IMG/VR virus record: IMGVR_UViG_3300045440_000056 | Location: 1-57,448 of that record | DNA from: a virus | Taxonomy: Duplodnaviria > Caudoviricetes | Strand: one strand, 5' to 3' | DNA length: 57,448 bases | Part shown: positions 8,750 to 19,900 of the stretch, piece after piece | Layout of the letters: each line of letters opens with the position of its first letter | How positions within the stretch are numbered: the first letter of the stretch is position 1 | The notes under the pieces: generated by a model | The model's input: the letters and a program-made list of their open reading frames with translations, nothing else | The model's database searches: none | What the model was told of the DNA's origin: nothing | Position numbers and translations under genes: made by a program

Positions 8750-8887
8750 ATGAGAGCAAATTCACAACAGATAGGTCAAAGTCAGAAAGTTAAATTGCTT
8801 TCTACTATTTCTAAACAAATAGAACAATTGACAAAAGTCATAGGTAGGAATACTATTACAACAACCACTACAACCACTGTAGTTTAA
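8750..8887 (+). CDS. 45-aa peptide: paralogue of the N-terminal helix of the next fibre plus poly-Thr tail
   Basis: MRANSQQIGQSQKVKLLSTISKQIEQLTKVIGRNTITTTTTTTVV aligns with MATPSKQIGWGTEENLLSFISKQLGHLTNV of the 8907 ORF. Not in the ORF track. Confidence 0.75.
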   Translation: MRANSQQIGQSQKVKLLSTISKQIEQLTKVIGRNTITTTTTTTVV

Positions 8888-8906
8888 TTATATAAAATAT
8901 AAAAAA

Positions 8907-9866
8907 ATGGCAACACCAAGTAAACAAATAGGATGGGGAACAGAAGAAAATCTTCTATCATTTATTTCTAAACAATTAGGACATTTAACTAATGTAGCAT
9001 ATAACTCAGGTGGAGGTGGTGGAGGTGTAGGACCTGCTGGACCTCAAGGAGTACAAGGGCCTGCAGGACCATTAGGACCTGTTGGACCTGCTGGATTAGA
9101 ATGGCAAGGAGCTTGGGTTTCTGGAACATCTTATATTGCAGATGATGCTGTTGGATATAATGGAGCTTCTTGGTTCTGTATACTAGCTACATCAGGAACT
9201 ACACCTCCAAACTTAGCTACAACAAATTGGGCATTATTGGCTTCTCAAGGAGCACAAGGACCCACTGGAGCACAAGGACCCACTGGAGCACAAGGACCTG
9301 CAGGTAGTCTTGTACCTATAGTTGCAAGTGCTCCACTTACGGGTGGAACTATAACAACAAGTGGAACAATAGGTATATCTCAAGCTACAGCAAGTGTTGA
9401 TGGATATTTATCTTCAGGAGACTTTAATACATTTAGTGGTAAAGCAAATGTAGACTCACAGGTATTCACAGGAACACCATCACTTCCTATTGGAACTATA
9501 GGGGTAACACAAGCTGTAGGAACAAACAATACAACACTTGCTACAACAGAATTTGTTGTAGCAGCAGCAAACAACAGACTTGTAGTTGAAACAGCATTAC
9601 CATACTCAATAACAAATGTAAATAGTGGAGGTATAATTATATTCACAGCATCTGCTTCATTAGAAATTCCATTATTACTTGCTAATGGATTTGAATGTAC
9701 ATTTGTAACACTTGATGGTGTGACATTAACAGTACCTGCAGTGGCAGGAATTACATTAAACAATGCAACAAATCCTACTGGAAGCAATGTATTAGCACCG
9801 AAATCAAGTTTTACATTAAAGAGAATGATAGCAACAAACACATTCATAGCAACAGGAAACCTATAA
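8907..9866 (+). CDS. Collagen-like fibre protein
   Basis: Two G-X-Y (GPAGPQG) blocks flank a small WQGAW...Y...DAVGYNGASWFC module. Contains the fibre repeat FTGTPSLP...TNNTTLATTEFV. Confidence 0.75.
   Translation: MATPSKQIGWGTEENLLSFISKQLGHLTNVAYNSGGGGGGVGPAGPQGVQGPAGPLGPVGPAGLEWQGAWVSGTSYIADDAVGYNGASWFCILATSGTTPPNLATTNWALLASQGAQGPTGAQGPTGAQGPAGSLVPIVASAPLTGGTITTSGTIGISQATASVDGYLSSGDFNTFSGKANVDSQVFTGTPSLPIGTIGVTQAVGTNNTTLATTEFVVAAANNRLVVETALPYSITNVNSGGIIIFTASASLEIPLLLANGFECTFVTLDGVTLTVPAVAGITLNNATNPTGSNVLAPKSSFTLKRMIATNTFIATGNL
9249..9298 (+). repeat. 18-bp tandem repeat (GGAGCACAAGGACCCACT x2.8) encoding GAQGPT
   Basis: Perfect copies at 9249 and 9267, partial copy at 9285. Confidence 0.85.
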
Positions 9867-9868
9867 TT

Positions 9869-12800
9869 ATGAATAACTTAGCATTCCAAATATACGGAAC
9901 AAAAAAAGCAACTCCCTTTCAATCTGTTTGGAAGACAGATAATATTGCTTTAGGAGCTGACACAGCTAATAAAACAGCATCAACGTTACCTTCTGATTGG
10001 GCACTTGCACCTGGTGGAACAAATCTATTAACAGGGGGATATACTCATAATGGTTCAGGTTCAAGTGTATTACTATTTCCAATTAGTAGTGCTGCATTTC
10101 AGAATTATCAAATAATATGTACGCTTTCAGCAGGTTCAACAGGTTCAGTTGTAATTAGCTTGGGAAATGTGTCTAGTGCTTCGTTATCTGATTCTAGTAC
10201 TACAATAATCCTAACTCCAACAGCTGGTTCAGGTACACTATCAATTACACCAGTAAATTTTGTTGGAACTGTATCGCTAAGTGTAAAAGCAAGTTCCTCA
10301 GCAGCTAATCAAATACAACTACCAATAACTAGTATTCCTGTTGGAAAATCAATATGGATAGACTGGGGTGATAATAGTTACACTAATGCAAATAATTCTA
10401 ACTACACTGCAAATATAATACACACATACGCAATACCAGGACAATATACAGTAAGAATATTAGGAGATAATTTTAGTTTTGGATTTGGGAGTACTAATAG
10501 TGTCAATGATAGATTAAAAATAAAGTCTATATCTAGTTGGGGTAAATTAAAAATGGGGTCATCTTCTTTTAATGGATGTTCTAATGTAACTATGTCTGGA
10601 ATAACTGATGTTCCTGATTTAATTGGAGTAACTAACTTATCAAATGCATTTAATACTTGTTCTAACTTAACTACTGTTGGTAGAATGAATGAATGGAATA
10701 TGAGTAGTGTTACTAACCTACTTGGAATGTTTAGCAATTCAGGTAATTTTAATCAATGTATAGGTGGTTGGAATGTATCTAATGTTACTACTTTTGAAGG
10801 AATGTTTTATAATTGTTTGGAATTTAACAATGGAGATAACAGTACTCCAATAAATAATTGGATATTAAATACAACATCATCAGTGTCATTAAACTATCCA
10901 TTTATTAATTGTAGAAAATTCAATAGATACATAGGTGATTGGAATACATCTAAAGTGAATATGATGGCAGACATGTTTCAAGGAGCTACAGTATTCAATA
11001 ATGGATTTGCTGCTGGTGTTGGAACAGGAAACCAATTAAATTGGGATACATCTTCTTGTACTAATATGAGTAGAATGTTTGTTGGTGCACCTGCATTCAA
11101 CTCTAACGTATCATCATTTAATGTATCTAAAGTTACAACATTTAATCAAATGTTTACTTATTGTAATGCATTTAATAATGGATTTGCATCTGGAGTAGCT
11201 AATCAATTACCTTGGAATATTTCTTCTGCTACTAACATGACTAGTATGTTCCAAAACTGTACAGCATTCAACTCAAACTTAGGAACAGGAACAACACAAT
11301 GGGACGTTAGTAAGGTAACCACGTTTGCAAGCATGTTCAGTGGAGCTACAGCATTTAATAATGGAAGTGATACAGCTCCTATTAATAATTGGGCTATAGG
11401 TGGTAATATAACAGGAACAATTAGTATGTCTGGTATGTTTGTTAATGCATCTAATTTCAATATGCCTATTAGCAACTGGAATATGACTAAGGTAACTAAT
11501 ACAAGTTCTATGTTTGCTAACACCAATGTATTCAACCAATCATTATTTAATTGGGAAAGAGCAGGATCTACAATGGGTAATGTTACAGATATGAGCAGTA
11601 TGTTTACTAGCGCTTCTGTATTCAATCAAAATATAGGAGCATGGAATGTAAGTAATGTGACAACATTTGCAAGTATGTTTAATGGAGCTACCGCCTTTAA
11701 CAATAACGGAAGTTCTGATATAAATAATTGGGCTATAAACACTGTGTCTAATGTTACCATGGGTAATATGTTTGTTAATGCATCTAATTTCAATATGCCT
11801 ATTAGCAACTGGAATATGACTAAAGTAAACAATACAGCAGGTATGTTTAATGGAACAACACTGTTTAATCAACCTTTAGCTAACTGGGAAAGAGCTGGGT
11901 CTACAACAGGCAATATTACCGCCATGCAATCTATGTTCCAAGGTGCTTCTGCATTCAATCAGGATATTAGTTCTTGGAATGTAAATAAAGTGACTAATTT
12001 TGGATATATGTTTAGGTCAGCATTAGCATTTACTAACGGAGACAACAATCAAGAGAATCCAATAACTTTTAGGGTAGGTATAAATGGTTGGAATATAAAT
12101 ACTACTGCTACATCAGTTAATATGGCTGGTATGTTTTTTGGAACAAGAGATTTTAATAGAAATATTAATAGTTGGAATGTTAGTAAAGTAACTAGTATGA
12201 GTGAAATGTTCAATTCAACAACAACATTTAATCAATCTCTTAACTCTTGGAATACAGTTAGTGTAGTTGAAATGGTAGGAATGTTTGAATTAGCTACTGC
12301 TTTTAATGAACCTATTGATAATTGGAACATGAGTAATGTAACTGCAACACGATATATGTTTAATGGAGCTACCATTTTTAATCAGCCCTTATCAAATTGG
12401 GAAAGAAACACTGTAGGAAATGTATCTACAATGGCTAAGGTTACTAGTATGAATAATATGTTTAGTAATGCTATTGCATTTAATAAAAATATAGGTAACT
12501 GGAATGTAAGTAATGTTGCTAACTTTAGTAGTTTTATGATAGGAAAAACATCTGCTAATTTCTTATCAACTAACCTAGATGCGATATATAACGGATGGAT
12601 AGTAAATGGTGTTAAACCAAACATATCAATAAGTTTTGGAACAGCTAAGTATTCACAAGCTGGTAAAACTGGGAAAGATGCATTATTAGCAAGTCCAAAT
12701 AACTGGACAATAACAGATGGAGGAAATGAAAATGTATTAGTTCTAGATGCAGGAAATCCATTATCATATCCAGGAACAGGAACAACATGGACAGATTTAA

Positions 12801-13381
12801 GTGGTAATAACAATAATGGAACCCTTATAAATGGACCAACTTTTGATTCTGCAAATGGAGGAAGTATTGTATTTAATGGAGTGAGTCAATATGTAAATTG
12901 TGGTAATGCTTCTAATTTAAAATTTACAAATAACTTCACAATTAATGTATGGGTAAAATTTAATTCATTATTGGGTCCTCAAGCAATAATTTCCAATAAT
13001 GAAAATGGAGGTTATGGAATACTTGCTAATTCGGCTAGTAGTAGATTAGAAACTTTCTACTGGATAAACGGAAGTTATAGAAAGGCTGGAGAGGATATGG
13101 TAAATTACAATACATCTTCATGGTTTAATATATCGGTAACTTTTAATGGAAGTAATGTTTTATTTTACAGAAATGGAAATTTAATACAAAGTGTTTCTGC
13201 AATAGGAACTGTTTCTACAAATAATCTACCGTTACTAATAGGGGCAAACCCAAACATATCTGGAAATTATGAGGATTTTTTTAATGGTAAAATTTCTCAA
13301 GTACAAACATATAATAAAGTGTTAACACCAACAGAATTGCTAGCAAACTTTAACGCAACAAAAGGAAGATATGGATTATAA
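9869..13381 (+). CDS. Adhesin-like protein: PKD-like IDWGD module, DUF285/BspA-type repeats, C-terminal LamG (concanavalin-like) domain
   Basis: Many W[ND]vSxVTxMxxMF...FNxxIxxW repeats. C-terminal LDAGNPLSYPGTGTTWTDLSG...FTINVWVK...FNGKISQVQTYNKVLT is a typical LamG-like signature. Confidence 0.82.
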   Translation: MNNLAFQIYGTKKATPFQSVWKTDNIALGADTANKTASTLPSDWALAPGGTNLLTGGYTHNGSGSSVLLFPISSAAFQNYQIICTLSAGSTGSVVISLGNVSSASLSDSSTTIILTPTAGSGTLSITPVNFVGTVSLSVKASSSAANQIQLPITSIPVGKSIWIDWGDNSYTNANNSNYTANIIHTYAIPGQYTVRILGDNFSFGFGSTNSVNDRLKIKSISSWGKLKMGSSSFNGCSNVTMSGITDVPDLIGVTNLSNAFNTCSNLTTVGRMNEWNMSSVTNLLGMFSNSGNFNQCIGGWNVSNVTTFEGMFYNCLEFNNGDNSTPINNWILNTTSSVSLNYPFINCRKFNRYIGDWNTSKVNMMADMFQGATVFNNGFAAGVGTGNQLNWDTSSCTNMSRMFVGAPAFNSNVSSFNVSKVTTFNQMFTYCNAFNNGFASGVANQLPWNISSATNMTSMFQNCTAFNSNLGTGTTQWDVSKVTTFASMFSGATAFNNGSDTAPINNWAIGGNITGTISMSGMFVNASNFNMPISNWNMTKVTNTSSMFANTNVFNQSLFNWERAGSTMGNVTDMSSMFTSASVFNQNIGAWNVSNVTTFASMFNGATAFNNNGSSDINNWAINTVSNVTMGNMFVNASNFNMPISNWNMTKVNNTAGMFNGTTLFNQPLANWERAGSTTGNITAMQSMFQGASAFNQDISSWNVNKVTNFGYMFRSALAFTNGDNNQENPITFRVGINGWNINTTATSVNMAGMFFGTRDFNRNINSWNVSKVTSMSEMFNSTTTFNQSLNSWNTVSVVEMVGMFELATAFNEPIDNWNMSNVTATRYMFNGATIFNQPLSNWERNTVGNVSTMAKVTSMNNMFSNAIAFNKNIGNWNVSNVANFSSFMIGKTSANFLSTNLDAIYNGWIVNGVKPNISISFGTAKYSQAGKTGKDALLASPNNWTITDGGNENVLVLDAGNPLSYPGTGTTWTDLSGNNNNGTLINGPTFDSANGGSIVFNGVSQYVNCGNASNLKFTNNFTINVWVKFNSLLGPQAIISNNENGGYGILANSASSRLETFYWINGSYRKAGEDMVNYNTSSWFNISVTFNGSNVLFYRNGNLIQSVSAIGTVSTNNLPLLIGANPNISGNYEDFFNGKISQVQTYNKVLTPTELLANFNATKGRYGL
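11434..11823 (+). repeat. Internal duplication: identical 57-bp segments 333 bp apart
   Basis: 11434-11490 equals 11767-11823 (MFVNASNFNMPISNWNMTK). The surrounding 111-aa units are also similar. Confidence 0.85.
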
Positions 13382-13390
13382 TAATATAAA

Positions 13391-13455
13391 AAAATCTGAG
13401 TTTGTTGGTTTTCTTAGATTTTCTCCTCAAGATATTCTTGGGGAGTTTTTGTTTT
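13391..13455 (+). terminator. Rho-independent terminator preceded by a second hairpin
   Basis: Hairpin AAAATCTGAG/CTTAGATTTT (13391-13422) abuts hairpin CTCCTCAAGA-TAT-TCTTGGGGAG (13423-13445), followed by TTTTTGTTTT. Confidence 0.8.
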
Positions 13456-13531
13456 ATAACTATTTTGATTATAAAGAATAACCTATTTAGTTAAATTTAT
13501 TTGGATAGTAAGAAAACTATTTTTATCTTTA
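13455..13531 (+). promoter_or_regulatory. Class B promoter: upstream dyad plus Bacteroidota -33/-7 boxes
   Basis: TTTG at 13500-13503, 20-nt spacer, TATCTTTA at 13524-13531. The upstream TATAACTA-N5-ATTATAAA is shared with 29494. Confidence 0.6.
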
Positions 13532-13559
13532 CCCTAATTTTAAGTAAACTAAACTAAAT

Positions 13560-14783
13560 ATGACTGAGAATCAAGATTTATTATTCAAGTTAGAAGAGTT
13601 GTTGAAGCAAAAGAAAAGTAAAAAGTTCTATGCAGAAAGATTAGGAATAAGTGAAAATGAAGTGAATGAACTTCTTAAAGAACTTAGAGAGAAAGATGAT
13701 TTACCAATTGAACTATCTCCTAGTTATAAAGAAGAATTACGTAAGGTAAATGTTGAGAAGGGTACAATAGAAAGTACTATCACTAGTGACTTTGATCCAA
13801 AAGATGATATTGAACTAGCAGCATTGCACAAAATAAATTTAGATAAATACATCATTACCAACTACTGGTCTAAGATGTTACCAAGTGGGAAGTTTACTTC
13901 TTCTGTCTTTAGTAAAAAGAAACAACCACAAGATTACTCCCCTGAAGACTTTGCTAAGTTTTTAGAAAACTACAAACCAAACAATATAGATGTTGTTAAA
14001 CCAGAAAATCATCTCACTAAAGAACATGTAGATGTAGAGATATCTATTTCTGATTTCCATTTAGCTAAGAAACATGTAGATGGAGATAATGATCCTGCAA
14101 GTAGAGCATTGAGATATTTTAATGTAGCACAATCTTTGATAATAAAGGTGAGAGCTAATTACAATATAGACACTGTTATCCTTCCTATATCGAATGATTT
14201 CTTCCATACTGATAACTACCAACATCAAACTACAAATGGTACCCCACAGGACACTATAATAGATTATGCAGATGAATATGAATTAGGCTTTGCAGTTCTT
14301 GTAGATACAATCAATATGTTGAGACAGAATGCAAATGATGTAAAGGTGATACTTGTACAGGGTAATCATGACAGAACTAAATCATTCTACCTAGCACATG
14401 CACTAGATGTGTATTTCAAAGACTACTTTGATGTAGAGTTTGATAGATCACACAGTACAATAAAAGGACTTACAGTTGGTAATACATTCATAGGATGGCA
14501 CCATGGTAATTGTAAACTAGATGATCTTCCTTTATTGTTTGCAACACATACTAAATTTAGTCATCAGTTTGGAGATGCTAATTACAGAGAGATACATACA
14601 GGTGATAAACATCACTACATGGCAAAAGAGATTAAAGGAGTGAGAATACAACAAATGCCTAGCTTATCTGGTACAGATAGATGGCACCTAGATAATAACT
14701 TCGTACACTCAGTACGAGCAGCTCTTGCTCTAGTTTATGATAGAAAGCTAGGAAAGATAGCAGAGTTTGAAACACGAATATAA
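13560..14783 (+). CDS. N-terminal HTH plus calcineurin-like metallophosphoesterase
   Basis: Motifs SDFH, NDFFHTD, GNHD, HHG and TGDKHH. The N-terminal YAERLGISENEV is HTH-like. Confidence 0.8.
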   Translation: MTENQDLLFKLEELLKQKKSKKFYAERLGISENEVNELLKELREKDDLPIELSPSYKEELRKVNVEKGTIESTITSDFDPKDDIELAALHKINLDKYIITNYWSKMLPSGKFTSSVFSKKKQPQDYSPEDFAKFLENYKPNNIDVVKPENHLTKEHVDVEISISDFHLAKKHVDGDNDPASRALRYFNVAQSLIIKVRANYNIDTVILPISNDFFHTDNYQHQTTNGTPQDTIIDYADEYELGFAVLVDTINMLRQNANDVKVILVQGNHDRTKSFYLAHALDVYFKDYFDVEFDRSHSTIKGLTVGNTFIGWHHGNCKLDDLPLLFATHTKFSHQFGDANYREIHTGDKHHYMAKEIKGVRIQQMPSLSGTDRWHLDNNFVHSVRAALALVYDRKLGKIAEFETRI

Positions 14784-14785
14784 CT

Positions 14786-15514
14786 ATGTCAACATTACGG
14801 AAATTAGTATCAGATGTTAGAAGTGTCCACAAGATACTTTCTACAGATAGTCTTATCACAGATAGAGCAATTGCATCTGAGATAAGAAACAATGCTTTAT
14901 TGCTTATTAAGCGTGAGACAAATCTTAGAAAGCTCTGGGCTACAGATACATTGTTTACAACAATTCCTTGTTTGGAAATGTGTGAGGTTTCTATATCTGA
15001 ATGTTGTGACTATGTGGATCCTTGTTCTGTTGCAAGAACTACATTTAAACTCCCACGCATATCTGAAGGAAACTATCAGTATGTAATACAGGGAGTTTAT
15101 TCTATTAATGCAATGAGTGGAAGAGGAAGAAAACTAAAAGAAATAACTGTCAACAGATATATAAACTTACTTAAACTTCCTGTAATTAAGAATGAAGAAT
15201 ACTTCTGGATATCTAATGGATATTTATATGTAAGTAATCCACTTCTTAAAGCAATTAGATTTGTAGCTTTATTTGAAGAAGATGTAACTAACGAAATTAT
15301 GTATCCAGAATGTGGATGTGGAACTCCTCAGTATACAGTGGAACAATTATGTCAAAATCCTTTAGACAAAGAGTTTGCTCTTCCTGGATACTTAGAACAA
15401 CAAGTCTTAGAATTAACATCTAAAAAACTACTATCTACTTATTTCCAAATTAAGACAGACATAAGTCAAGAAGGAATAGATGGACAAGCTCCTAATTCAA
15501 AATCAACTAATTAA
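14786..15514 (+). CDS. Putative tail ring/adaptor protein
   Basis: Lies just before the IHF-like and tail-tubular genes. Helical termini with a beta-rich middle (YFWISNGYLYV), as in crAss-like ring proteins. Confidence 0.5.
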   Translation: MSTLRKLVSDVRSVHKILSTDSLITDRAIASEIRNNALLLIKRETNLRKLWATDTLFTTIPCLEMCEVSISECCDYVDPCSVARTTFKLPRISEGNYQYVIQGVYSINAMSGRGRKLKEITVNRYINLLKLPVIKNEEYFWISNGYLYVSNPLLKAIRFVALFEEDVTNEIMYPECGCGTPQYTVEQLCQNPLDKEFALPGYLEQQVLELTSKKLLSTYFQIKTDISQEGIDGQAPNSKSTN

Positions 15515-15993
15515 TGAGTAGAGTTAAAGTGGACTGGAGATCTTCTAGTAAAGACAATTACAATTTATTTTGTAAGAATCATCCATCTATTAAACTTACA
15601 TACGATGAATGGAGAAACATTATATATACATATAATGAATTCTTCAAAGAATACATATTAGAGACTGGTGAAAAAGCAAGACTACCTTATGGTTTTGGAG
15701 AGTTCTCTATCAATAAGAAGAAAAGAAGAAAGATGAAAGGCATAGATGGGAAAGAGTTTATTAACTTACCTATCGACTGGCAAAAGACTAAAGAGAAAGG
15801 AAAGGTTATATATAATTTCAACTACCACACAGAAGGATATTTCTTTGGATGGATGTGGTTTAAACAAGCAGCACGCTTTAAGAATTCTGACCTTTGGTAT
15901 TTCAAACCTTCAAGACTCACATCAAGACTATTATCACATTACTTAAAGACCAACGATAAGTACCAACATTTATATCACGAGTGGAAAAAATAA
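15514..15993 (+). CDS. crAss-type IHF/HU-like DNA-binding protein
   Basis: Basic protein with the HU/IHF-like ILETG..ARLPYGFGEFSINKKK motif, then IDWQKTK and NYHTEGY. Syntenic with the IHF-like gene of crAss-like tail clusters. Confidence 0.65.
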   Translation: MSRVKVDWRSSSKDNYNLFCKNHPSIKLTYDEWRNIIYTYNEFFKEYILETGEKARLPYGFGEFSINKKKRRKMKGIDGKEFINLPIDWQKTKEKGKVIYNFNYHTEGYFFGWMWFKQAARFKNSDLWYFKPSRLTSRLLSHYLKTNDKYQHLYHEWKK

Positions 15994-15999
15994 TAAATT

Positions 16000-16959
16000 A
16001 TGAGCTACTACTATAAATATGCTTTCGTAAGTCCAGAACCTGTTTACTCAACTGTTAAAGAAGAGCTGAAAAGCTATTTTGATACAGGTGCTGTGGATGA
16101 TCTTTTATTTCCTACCTATTTAGATAAAGCTCTAAAGAAGTTAGGAAGAACAACTTATGTAATCACTGATGAGATTCTTTTTGTAGAAGACTTTCAAGCT
16201 AGACTTCCTGATAACTTTTATGCTGTTAGAGAAGCATGGATGACTACAGAAGTGGCTAACTATCCATACCAATCAGCTAACTCATTCTATTCACAAGCAG
16301 CTTCTGAAACAACAATACAAGTAAGTCCTGTGACTTCTGGTGGTGCTGCTTGTACAAACCTTGAATGCACAACAGGATGTCCTGCGTGTATGCCTGTATT
16401 AATACAAGCTGTATATAAGACAAATAATAGTGTAGCTAGAGGATTTACTCACAACTACTTACTTAAGCCTGGAAACATATCTGCAAGAAAGAACTGTGGT
16501 GTTGATTATACAAACAACTGGGACTTCCAAGCACAACCTATTCCTGTAAACAATTTCACTCCTGGTTCTGCTAGTATTGATAGCTTTGACATTAGAGACA
16601 ATAAGTTTGTAACTAATTTTAGAAATGGTGTTGTACATTTAATATTCTATGCTACAGAGTATGATGAAATAGGGAACCAATTGATTCCTGACAACTATCG
16701 TATTAGAGAGTATGTAGAAGCATTTCTTAAGTTTAAAGTGTTTGAAACTCTTACAAACCAAACTGTTGATGAAACATTTAATCAGTTACAACAAAAGTTG
16801 CTTTATCACAAACAAGCTTATGAAGAAGCTTTCATTATGGCAATGATAGAAGTTAAGAAACAAACAGGTTGGGAGAAACAACGAAGAATCAAAAATGACT
16901 TAAATAGATTTAATATGTACGAACTTCCTACTAGTAGATATGGTAGAAGACGTAACTAA
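16000..16959 (+). CDS. Tail tubular/ring protein (P22 gp4-like, crAss Ttub)
   Basis: GVVHLIFYATEYDEIGNQLIPD...REYVEAF pattern, immediately upstream of the muzzle gene. Confidence 0.6.
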   Translation: MSYYYKYAFVSPEPVYSTVKEELKSYFDTGAVDDLLFPTYLDKALKKLGRTTYVITDEILFVEDFQARLPDNFYAVREAWMTTEVANYPYQSANSFYSQAASETTIQVSPVTSGGAACTNLECTTGCPACMPVLIQAVYKTNNSVARGFTHNYLLKPGNISARKNCGVDYTNNWDFQAQPIPVNNFTPGSASIDSFDIRDNKFVTNFRNGVVHLIFYATEYDEIGNQLIPDNYRIREYVEAFLKFKVFETLTNQTVDETFNQLQQKLLYHKQAYEEAFIMAMIEVKKQTGWEKQRRIKNDLNRFNMYELPTSRYGRRRN

Positions 16960-16972
16960 TTAAAATATCATT

Positions 16973-19900
16973 ATGGCTGAAGAACAATCACAAGGAAATA
17001 TAAAACAAGAACTTAACAGTGCTAACATAGGGTTAAACCTAGATAACACAGTAAATCAAATTAAACAGGGCACGCTCACGTATGCCCTGAATGCTGCTTT
17101 AGAAAACTTTGACTCTTCTTCTGTTAACTATCAGAATGAACAAGGTAATGAACTGTGTGTACAATTCCCTCAAGAATATGTATTAATAGGAACACACTTC
17201 ATTAATGAACAAAGTAAACATATATTCTTCATCACCAATCCTAATACAGGAGATAGTGAAATAGGATATATGGATAACAATGATTGTATCTATCACACAC
17301 TAGTTAATGCATTATGTCTTAACTTCAATACAGATAATCCTATTCATAAAACTGTACATAAGATTACTAATTGTACAACAGAAATATATTGGACAGATGG
17401 ATTCAATCCTAGAAGATATTTAGACATTAATAATATTCCTTATTTACTAGCTCCTAATTCAGATCTTTGTGATCCTGTATATACAGATCAATTAGATTGT
17501 AATCAATTAAAGCTACAACCTAATTTTAATATTCCAAATCTTTCTATTGCAGATGTTACCACAGGAGGTTCTCTTCTTGCTGGTACATATCAATTTGCAG
17601 TGCAGTATTCTGATGCTGTAGGTAATCCTTTTACTTCTTATTATTCTATTACTAATCCCACACCAATTGCTGATCCACAGATTGCAACAGTTAATTTTAA
17701 CTATGTTGTAGGAAAGTCTATTGTTGTTGATGTAAGTAACTTAGATGCTACAGGACAGTTTCAATATTTTAATCTAGCTGTTATTAAAACAGTTAATGCA
17801 ATTACATCTGTAGAATTAATTGGAACATATTTTATAGATAATACATCTTTAAATATAACTTACACAGGACAGATAGTTGATAACATTCGTTTATCAATGA
17901 ATGATATATTTGAGAAGTTTCCATATTATGATGTAGCAGAAGATTTAACAGCTGTACAGGATGTTCTTGTATGGGATGGACTTGGATCTATAGATAGAAT
18001 TAATTATCAATCTATAGCTACACAAATAGATCTGCTATGGGAAACATATCAGATTCCTCCAAATGAAAATTATGCAGATGAATTAAATGCTACAAATCTT
18101 AGAGGATATCTTAGAGATGAAGTGTATGCATTTGAAATTGTATTCTTATTAAAGAATGGAAAACAAACAGATGGATTTCATATTCCAGGAAGAACATCTG
18201 TTCCTAATGATTTAGTAGTAATAAACAAAGTTGATAATGATGATTATATTGGAACAGGAACTTCTGCTCCGTATTGGAAGATATATAATACAGCTTCTGT
18301 AATTGGAACTTCTCCACAATGTTCAACTTGTAATATTGGAACTTCCACTCCATATCAATATGGAAACTTCGCTTATTGGGAATCAACAGAAGAATATCCA
18401 TGTAACATAGATCTTTGGGGAGATTTAGCTGGTCAAAAAATTAGACATCATAAGTTTCCAGATGTATTAGTATCTCCTATTACAAAACCAGTTATAGATT
18501 ATAATCCTTCAAAAATTCTAGCTGTACAAAATAATTATGTATATCCAATAGGAGTTAAAATAGATACAGCACAAGTTCAATCTTTAATACAATCATCAAC
18601 ATTAACAACAAATCAAAAAGCTGATATAGTAGGATATAAAATAGTAAGAGGAGATAGAGGAACAAACAAATCTATTGTAGCAAAAGGTATTCTTCGTAAC
18701 GTAGGAGAATACACAAGAGAAGAACAATCTTTTTATTTTCCTAACTATCCATATAATGATCTTGCTGCAGATCCATTTTTAAATGCAACAAATAACGCTT
18801 GGACTGATGAATGTAAAACTTATCAAATTAACATACTTAAATTTAATGAATTTCCTGTTGGAGAAGCTCCATATACAGCTATACAATATACAAGTTGTAA
18901 TAGCAATAAAGTAACTACTAAGAAATTTGAAACATTAGGGATACATCAACAGTGTTCTATTGGTATTCCTACTTTTTTAGGAAATGGCCCTTTTAATGTA
19001 ATGAATGAATCTGATACTGGACCAACTCCTAGTTCAACTAATGTAGCAGTTGCCACATACATGACTTATTCAATATGGACCCTGGAATCAGAATGTGATG
19101 GAGCTTTTGAAGCATGTAGAGGATGGAGAGCACAATTTACAGATTGGACAGGAAATACACAGGCAAGCGTATGGATACAAGGAAGTGGAGATTGGAATCC
19201 TGGTTATAGAAAATATACTGTTTATAGTATAGGGGGAGAACCTTATAAGACTGATGGACGAGGAGAAACAAAAATAAGATATGTAAGTTCGGTATCATTT
19301 AATAACTGTGATGTATCAATTCCACAACCACCGTTAAAAGAAAGTAATACTTATAGACAAATATTTAATTCACCAGAAACATCTTTTGGACAACCATTCT
19401 TAGGAGACATTCTTAAATTAGAGAATGTGATGTATGGTAAAGGATATGCACATTTTGTACCAGTTAATAGTAATGCTAAATATAGACTTCTTTCTAAAGA
19501 AGCACAAAAAGATGCATTAGACGCCTCTAGTGCTTTAGGTAATAGAACTGATCCGTTCAATGCTACTTCTATGTTTACAGCATATCAGGCATATCTACAA
19601 ATATATATAAATGGTATAACTAGAAGAAACTATGCATATTCATTTAACTCAACTGCTAGTTATGATTATAATGAAAAAATTACTAACAGTGGATATAAGC
19701 AAAGAACGTTAGACATTAAAAGATATTTAATTCCAGGAGTACAGAATGTTGGAGATAATTATAATATAAATAATTTTCAAAGAGAATCTTCTGTTTATTT
19801 AAAAACAGATGAGTATAGAGAAGATGGCACCACTCCAGTTGCATCATTACCATTTCCTAGTAATAGTACAGAAATGACTACTAATATAGGGATAGTAGAG

